A stretch of 63,986 nt of DNA, counting the filler, from Raillietiella orientalis (taxonomy: Eukaryota), in assembly GCA_036172245.1 (NCBI GenBank). It is 3 parts of 3 records of this genome, joined end to end, with 100 filler letters (N's around TTAATTAATTAA, not from the genome) between each part and the next. Parts side by side here need not be neighbours in the genome. Positions count along the whole stretch, not along the records: positions 58,885 to 63,986 come from JAYWIR010000327.1; 2 more parts are not named here. One strand, given 5' to 3'. The position numbers and the translations under genes are program-made. The notes beneath the pieces are model-generated. The model was not told where the DNA came from and made no database searches. It saw nothing but the letters and a program-made list of their open reading frames with translations. Below are positions 61,801 through 63,986 of the stretch, piece after piece; the stretch's first letter is position 1, and every line of letters begins with the position of its first letter.

Positions 61801-63986
61801 ATTCTATTTCTATGCTGGGAGTGGAAGTAGATTGCTTGCAGCCATTTTGAGGTCTCACGATTGCGACCGAATTCATCGGGAAGCGACCATGGTCGTTTTG
61901 GTGCAAGTGCGAAGATTTAAACGGAACACACCACATTGGAAATAGAAAAGATAGAGGAATTCATTTGATGCATTTTGAAGATTCTATTTCTGTGCTGGAA
62001 GAGGAAGTAGATTGATTCCAACCATTTTGATGTCTCAGGATTGCGACCGAATTCATCGGGAAGCGGCCATGGTCGTTTACATGCAAGTGCGGAGATTTGG
62101 AGGGAAAACTCCACATTGGAAATAGAAAACATAGAGGAATTTTTGTGATGCATTTTGAAGATTCTATTTCTATGCTGGAAGACGAAGTAGATTGCTTCCA
62201 ACCATTTTGATGTCTCAGGATTTCGACCGAATTCTTCGGGAACCGGCCATGGTCGTTTTGGTGCAAGTGCGGAGATTTGGACGGAAAATACCACATTAGA
62301 AATAGAAAAGATAGACGAATTTCTTTGATGCATTTTCAAGATTCTATTTCTATGCTGGAAGTGGAAGCAGATTGATTCCAACCATTTTGATGTCTCAGGA
62401 TTGCTTCCGAATTCATCGGGAACCGGCCATGGTCGATTTGGTGCAAGTGCGGAGATTTGGACGGAAAACACCACATTGGAAATAGAAAAGATAGAGGAAT
62501 TTCTTTGATGCATTTTGAAGATTCTATTTCTATGCTGGAAGTGGAAGTAGACAGCTTCCAACCATTTTGAGGTCTCAAGATTTCGACCGAATTCTTCGGG
62601 AACCGGCCATGGTCGTTTTGGTGCAAGTGCGGAGATTTGGACGGAAAATACCACATTGGAAATAGAAAAGATAGAGGGATTTCTTTGATGCATTTTGAGG
62701 ATTCTATTTCTATGCTGAAAGTGGAAGTAGACAGCTTCCAACCATTTTGAGGTCTCAGGATTTCGACCGAATTCTTCGGGAACCGGCCATGGTCGTTTTC
62801 GTGCAAGTGCGGAGATTTGAACGGAAAACATCACATTGGAAATAGAAAAGATAGAGGAATTTCTTTGATGCATTTTGAAGATTCTATTTCTATGCTGGAA
62901 GTGGAAGTAGACAGCTTCCAACCATTTTCATGTCTCAGGATTGCGACCGAATTCATCCGGAAACGGCCATGGTCGTGTTGGTGCAAGTGCGAAGATTTGG
63001 ACGGAAAACACCACATTGGAAATAGAAAACATAGAGGAATTTTTGTGATGCATTTTGATGATTCTTTTTTTGTGCTGGAAGACGAAGTAGATTGATTCCA
63101 ACCATTTTGATGTCTCAGGATAGCGACCGAATTCATCGGGAACCGACCATGGTCGTTTTGGTGCTAGTGCGGAGATTTGGAAGGAAAACACCACATTAGA
63201 AATAGAAAAGATAGAGGAATTTTTTGGATGCACTTTGAAGATTCTATTTCTCTGCTGGAAGTGGAAGTAGATTGCTTCCAACCATTTTGAGGTCTCAGGA
63301 TTGCGACCGAATTCATCGGGAAGCGGCCATGGTCGTTTACATGCAAGTGCGGAGATTTGGACGGAAAACACCACATTGGAATTAGAAAACACAGAGGAAT
63401 TTGTTTGATGCACTTTGATGATTTTATCTCTATGCTGGGAGTGGAAGTAGATGGCTTCCAACCATTTTGAGGTCTCAGGATTGCGAGCGAATTCATCGAG
63501 AAGCGGCCATGGTCGTTTTGGGGCAAGTGCGAAGATTTGGACGGAAAACACCACATTGGAAATAGAAAACATAGAGGAATTTCTGTGATGCATTTTGAAG
63601 ATTCTATTTCTATGCTGGAAGACGAAGTAGATTGATTCCAACCATTTCGATGTCTCAGGATTGCGACCGAATTCATCGGGAACCGGCCATGGTCGTTTTG
63701 GTGCAAGTGCGAAGGTTTGGACGGAAAACACAATAATGGAAATAGAAAACATAGAGGAATTTTTGTGATGCATTTTGAAGATTCTATTTCTATGCTGGAA
63801 GACGAAGTAGATTGATTCCAACCATTTCGATGTCTCAGGATTGCGACCGAATTCATCGGGAACCGGCCATGGTCGTTTTGGTGCAAGTGCGAAGATTTGG
63901 ACGGAAAACACCATAATGGAAATAGAAAACATAGAGGAATATTTGTGATGCATTTTTAAGATTCTATTTCTGTGCTGGAAGTCGAA
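58885..63986. repeat. 180-bp tandem satellite array, right arm (about 28 monomers, 12-13-monomer higher-order period)
   Basis: Same monomer and orientation as the left arm. tcgaa variant at 59301/61642/63982 (2341 and 2340 bp apart); agcgacc variant at 60961/63122 (2161 bp apart). One extra G at about 61360. Confidence 0.99.

Overview
Eukaryotic repeat-rich window with no recognisable intact host gene. It has three contigs joined by two artificial 100-bp gap spacers (N44-TTAATTAATTAA-N44). (1) 1-29542 is about 164 tandem copies of a 180-bp satellite with two sequence domains: a 22-monomer higher-order repeat up to about 9.95 kb, then a different variant set that includes a 16-monomer repeat. 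(2) 29643-58784 is a 29-kb island made mostly of degenerate L1/Tx1-like non-LTR retrotransposons (ORF1 with two CCHC knuckles; ORF2 with APE endonuclease, RT and C-terminal CCHC), plus about 7 kb of lower-GC DNA holding a possible decayed hAT transposase. (3) 58885-63986 is about 28 more copies of the same satellite in the same orientation, with a 12-13-monomer period. The retroelements are nested inside one another (one with a visible 11-bp target-site duplication). They share a conserved 3'-terminal poly(A) signal + stem-loop + short A tail, and use an overlapping stop/start (TAATG/TGATG) ORF1-ORF2 junction. Two appear to be 5'-inverted insertions. The layout resembles a candidate (peri)centromere with a retroelement island, but the island touches the satellite only across scaffold gaps. 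The long ORFs in the satellite are by-products of a 60-codon repeat unit.
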